NCBI GenBank assembly: GCA_002269645.1 | Contig: NIVC01000909.1 | Location: forward strand, 328,622-392,621 | Reading direction: 5' to 3' | Length of the DNA: 64,000 nucleotides | Source: Macrostomum lignano | Lineage: Eukaryota | In this document: one piece after another, positions 59,456-64,000 of the stretch | Position numbering within the stretch: the stretch's first letter is position 1 | How the letters are laid out: each line of letters starts with the position of its first letter | Position numbers and translations under genes: made by a program | The notes under the pieces: generated by a model | What the model was told of the DNA's origin: nothing | Seen by the model: only the letters and a program-made list of their open reading frames with translations | Databases searched by the model: none

Positions 59456-61431
59456 TTGGTCAAACTATTTCCAATTTAATGTGTATGAAAAATGGGAATT
59501 TTCTGGCAATAATTGAATCTGTAAACTGTGAGGGCATGTCCAACCGACCGCATGGCCACGGCCCAGCCTAATGGGACCAATACGCTGTGGCTTCCCGCTC
59601 GCTCCCCGAACCAATCAACGCCCGCGATTCTCTTGAGAAGAGCCGCCAGACAGGAAAAGATGGCAAGAAGGAGGAGAGGAGGGAGAGGGGGGCTGTGAAA
59701 GACAAGCAAGGATAGGAAGACGAGGAGGTAGAAGAAGAAGAAAGGGGCCACCCGAGATCTTCTAAAGGAGGACAGCAGGGGGATGGGAGCCAACCAGAAC
59801 AGTTATCAGTGGGAGCGGCACCCCACCCCCCGAGCCCCAACCCCCGCAGCCACCCAACCCACAAAGGTTTGGGGGCGGCCCCCAATGCCCCAACACCCCG
59901 CCCCGCTCTCGAGGACCCCCCCCCCCGACATCCGACAAGAATTGCTAATTCATATAAGAGCAGCTGCTGTCATCCTCCCGCATTTAGTTGCATCTTCAAG
60001 ATAATCTGAGAATCCGGTAGCCATACAAAAAATAACTTCCAACAGTCAACAAGAAGAGTGAAGACCAGAAGCGGCTGCACATCATCCGATACCAAAGTAA
60101 GTTCACACAACAGGTTCAGTCGAGCTATCCGAGAATTTGTTACTTTTTTGTTGGTAAAGAAAATATCAACTTCTTTTTTTGTCCCGCGCCTCTGCTGAAC
60201 TGTTTATTGTATAATAAGCTACGAATTGGTGACACGTGGCAGACAATCTTGTTATAGAACTAGCTGGTGGTTAGCTGTGCTTTAGTTGCTAAGCCGGAGT
60301 TCCCAAGCAATTTGCTGGATGGAGTCTTGTCTGGATCTTGTCTTGACACAGAAGAAGCGTGGCCTGAAACTATTGCATTTTTACTTTCTGCATTTCTGCT
60401 TTTCAACAATTTGAAAAATGACGCATGCTGGCATGCACACACACGCTGCGGTGGGAATTTGTCTCAGAATTCTCTGCTTCTCCAGCAATTTTTGGCGAGC
60501 TCATGCGTGCGCGCAAAAGATCCAAATCTTTTCTCCCGCGGTCAGATACGACAAGAAATGTAAAAAGCTCCATTGAGATTTTCTGTCCTTTCACATCGTA
60601 AACTGCAGCTGATATCCGTGCGGCATTGTTCAGACCTTGCTTGGGGCAGAAAAATTTCTTACACGCGCGCTTACAGAAGAGCGCGCACAAAATAGCAAAA
60701 CGTCAAATGCTAGCGCATTTTCGTAACAGCTTGTCTTATCATAATCTTTGGCACTCAAGCAGGCGTGAGGAGAACCGTGGAAACTGATCGCACCAATTCT
60801 CACACCGTGTTGGTCGGGTCCCCGTCTTGCACGGCAACAAATGTGAAATTCCAAGCCAACGTGTGCTCAATTTCGGGCTTAAAAGCAACGTTTTTACAAC
60901 CCCCTCGCTCGACAATAACTGCCAAAATGAACCGAGGTTTTTGTCCAGTCAAGTCTATGACTATAATAACATTGTTTCTTTTAATTCTGGAACAAAACAC
61001 GGCGCGTTGGCCATTCAGTCAGCTCCAATGAGCAGTTTTACGACCTTTTTGGGGGGAGAAGTTGTTACACGCTTATTGCTATCGATCTGGGACTGAACTC
61101 GCTTCTCTCAGTCTCTTTCCCTTTCAAATTTTCTTGCTGGCAACAGAAATTAAGCAGTTCTTTTCTCACATGCCGCCGAGGGTATCTCGGCTCTAGGAGG
61201 AGGTGGGCTTTGAGACAGCAGCTCTGCAGACAGCCCTTTCTCAGACATATATAAATACCAAATCGAAAGAGTTATGAGCATGCAGAAAAAATTTACCTAG
61301 ATATACTCATATTTCTGACATTCCTGAAATTCTGAATCACCGCAGTAAATCATCGGGATATTGATATAGCGTTTCTGCTGTAAGTTCTTTCACTTTGTCA
61401 GTATTATTTATTTATCAGGAGTTAGTGTTGA

Positions 61432-62008
61432 GCGCCTCTGGTGCTGGCGCCTCTGGTGCTGGCGCCTCTGGTGCTGGCGCCTCTGGTGCTGGCGCCTCTG
61501 GTGCTGGCGCCTCTGGTGCTGGCGCCTCTGGTGCTGGCGCCTCTGGTGCTGGCGCCTCTGGTGCTGGCGCCTCTGGTGCTGGCGCCTCTGGTGCTGGCGC
61601 CTCTGGTGCTGGCGCCTCTGGTGCTGGCGCCTCTGGTGCTGGCGCCTCTGGTGCTGGCGCCTCTGGTGCTGGCGCCTCTGGTGCTGGCGCCTCTGGTGCT
61701 GGCGCCTCTGGTGCTGGCGCCTCTGGTGCTGGCGCCTCTGGTGCTGGCGCCTCTGGTGCTGGCGCCTCTGGTGCTGGCGCCTCTGGTGCTGGCGCCTCTG
61801 GTGCTGGCGCCTCTGGTGCTGGCGCCTCTGGTGCTGGCGCCTCTGGTGCTGGCGCCTCTGGTGCTGGCGCCTCTGGTGCTGGCGCCTCTGGTGCTGGCGC
61901 CTCTGGTGCTGGCGCCTCTGGTGCTGGCGCCTCTGGTGCTGGCGCCTCTGGTGCTGGCGCCTCTGGTGCTGGCGCCTCTGGTGCTGGCGCCTCTGGTGCT
62001 GGCGCCTC
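61432..62008. repeat. Perfect 15-bp array (GCGCCTCTGGTGCTG) x ~38.5
   Basis: No variant unit seen. Confidence 0.98.
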
Positions 62009-63300
62009 CGATATTAATGCATAAGCTGAAACACACCCGAGGAACATTAAAATGTAACTTCCTGTCCTCTCTAAATCAATTTGGAAAAGCAAAGATGGCA
62101 TTAGTATTAAGGTATCACATCACATCGAATATGGTCAACTATCCCAGCAAAAGTTTTTGTCCCTTTTCATAGACTTCCAGCACTTCCTTCCTCAGATGGA
62201 TTCACTCGTACACCGATACTATGCAGACAGACAACCTGTCTGTTTACTATTATACACATTATAAGCACCAATTCGATGTACACACAGAAATTCTTGGGTG
62301 GAAAAGGCTCAGATTTCTGATGATGAAGCATCCTTGGTCCTCTGCGAGCGGCATCCCATTACTAATTCTTGTGCAGCCTGTGCTGTGACTGGGGTGGCAT
62401 TGTCCACAAAAGCGGTGTCTGCATGGGAGTCCTTGCCCGCTCTCTCAGTTCCTGCTTTCTTACTCCATTCCTGCAGTTTCCGTTTGTGTTCTCCCCTTTT
62501 CCAGCATGATGTCAAACTGCAGCATGCGCGCATGGGTCTTGCAGCATGCAGTCTCTGAAGCTCAAATTTCTCCCAATATTTTCCCGGTTTGTGAATTATT
62601 ATTTATTACCGCCTAAACTGGCATACAGACTGTTCCCAGTAATTCGTGTACACATCTCTCAATAGCAACTTTTGCAATCTCACACCTCTCTGACAGATAC
62701 TGCAACAACGGATCCGCGCAGGAAACTCTCAATGGCTAGCAGCCTGTTTCCCGATGAGGTGAGCCAATGAATCTTTCAGTTTTTGATAGAAATCACTGTA
62801 TTATAAAGCCCTCGACCCGTTTCATGTGTCTCAATATTAATCAATTAACAATGATGCTGGCTGTAGTTAATCAGCTTCCTGGGATGTGTGTTCTTCCTTC
62901 AACTAAATCTCTTATCGCTTATAACTATTTAGACAAGACTAGCTACTCAACTTGGGGTTACTGAGCTTATACTCGAAGGCTGAGCTGCATAGTGTGTTTG
63001 TGTTCGGCCTTCGAATCAGCGTTATCGTGGAAGCATGCATTATCCATGGTGTTTGAGCCTGCAGAATCCGATGGAGCCTCCCCAAGCAGTTCCAATACAT
63101 ATCTTATAAGACCTATAACTGCTCTGATTTTTTGTAGCTTAATTAAATTGCGCCTATGGAGGGGGGCTGACAGACTAGCTGACTGCCCGACGACACAAAT
63201 CCAATCTATCGGGTAGCTCAAACACACCTGCTAATATTCCAAACGGCTTATAGATATGATTAGTCATTCCCTAATCTGTTTCGCATTTGATTTTATGCAG

Positions 63301-63841
63301 CTCTCCGTGCAGACCACAGCAGCGGCGGCATTTCAAAAGCGAGGCGAACCGCAGCAGCACCTGATGATCCTCGAGCAGCTCTACGCAGCCGCGGCGTCAG
63401 CTGGTGGAAGAGGCGGCTCAGCGGTGCTGACGATGCATCAGCAGCATCAGCCGCCCTCACTGCCACCGCTGCTGCCGCCGATGTCAAGTGGCAGCTCGCC
63501 GGTGGCTCCGTTTCCTCCCGGCTTGTTCAGCTCGTTGAGCCACCTGCTGCCGCCTGGAATGCGGCCGCCGCCGCCGCCTCCGCCGCCGCTACCGCCTCCG
63601 TCGTCCAGACCACCGACATCGTCGTCTCGATTTCTGGCGCCACCACCACCGCCGCCACCACCACCGCCGCCGCCAGGGTCTTCGCCAGCGTCGCTGCAGC
63701 AGATGCTGGCGGGGCTGCACCACGCGGCTGCAGCTGCCGCAGCCGCCGCCGCAGCTTCGGCCGCCACCAAAGCCGGAGGAAGCGGCGGTGCAGTTGGCGG
63801 AAATCTGGCCGGAAGTGGCGTCGGAGGTGCAGGAATCGAAG
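63301..63841 (+). CDS. Pro/Ala/Gly-rich low-complexity exon of an unidentified gene, possibly a transcription factor; gene continues beyond the window
   Basis: Acceptor gattttatgcAG at 63299-63300, donor GAAG|GTGAGA at 63842; GC-rich codon-like sequence encoding polyP, polyA and HQ tracts; no recognisable folded domain. Confidence 0.6.
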
Positions 63842-64000
63842 GTGAGATACGCTGTTCACTGACGCCAAAAAATCACAGCAAAATGATGTATTTAATAAAG
63901 GCTTGTTAGTCAGGTCACGAAATCGCTATAGCTAATCTCTTCCTACTCTTATTCGATGTACATCATACTGTCATCCATTTCCTTCTGCACAAACAGTTTA

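Overview
Eukaryotic (metazoan) genomic DNA in which GC-rich exons are separated by introns stuffed with unrelated minisatellites. This style suggests a flatworm such as Macrostomum (inference only). Two spliced minus-strand genes can be assembled with consistent GT-AG phases. (1) A Shark/HTK16-type SH2-5xANK-SH2-kinase gene (381-15143, 807 aa) whose kinase domain has lost the catalytic HRD aspartate, the Gly-loop and the alphaC Glu, so it is a predicted pseudokinase. Its 10.8-kb fourth intron is almost entirely a 30-bp palindrome-containing array. (2) An LRCH gene (42737 to 35348/31510) with an apparent transmembrane-versus-soluble choice of last coding exon. Upstream of Shark, a complete 4,018-bp P-superfamily transposon (32-bp TIRs, 8-bp TSD, THAP-DDE transposase in 3 exons, one apparent 1-bp frameshift) sits inside a minisatellite. 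At 24.2-31.1 kb lies an inverted/tandem cluster of intronless NHL-like beta-propeller genes with nearly identical 5' halves and divergent 3' halves. Also present: hAT-like MITEs, a long-TIR mariner derivative, a Merlin transposase remnant, a 45-bp micro-MITE, a CORE-SINE, two sharply CpG-depleted domains, about 17 tandem arrays, and a Pro/Ala/Gly-rich exon at the right edge.
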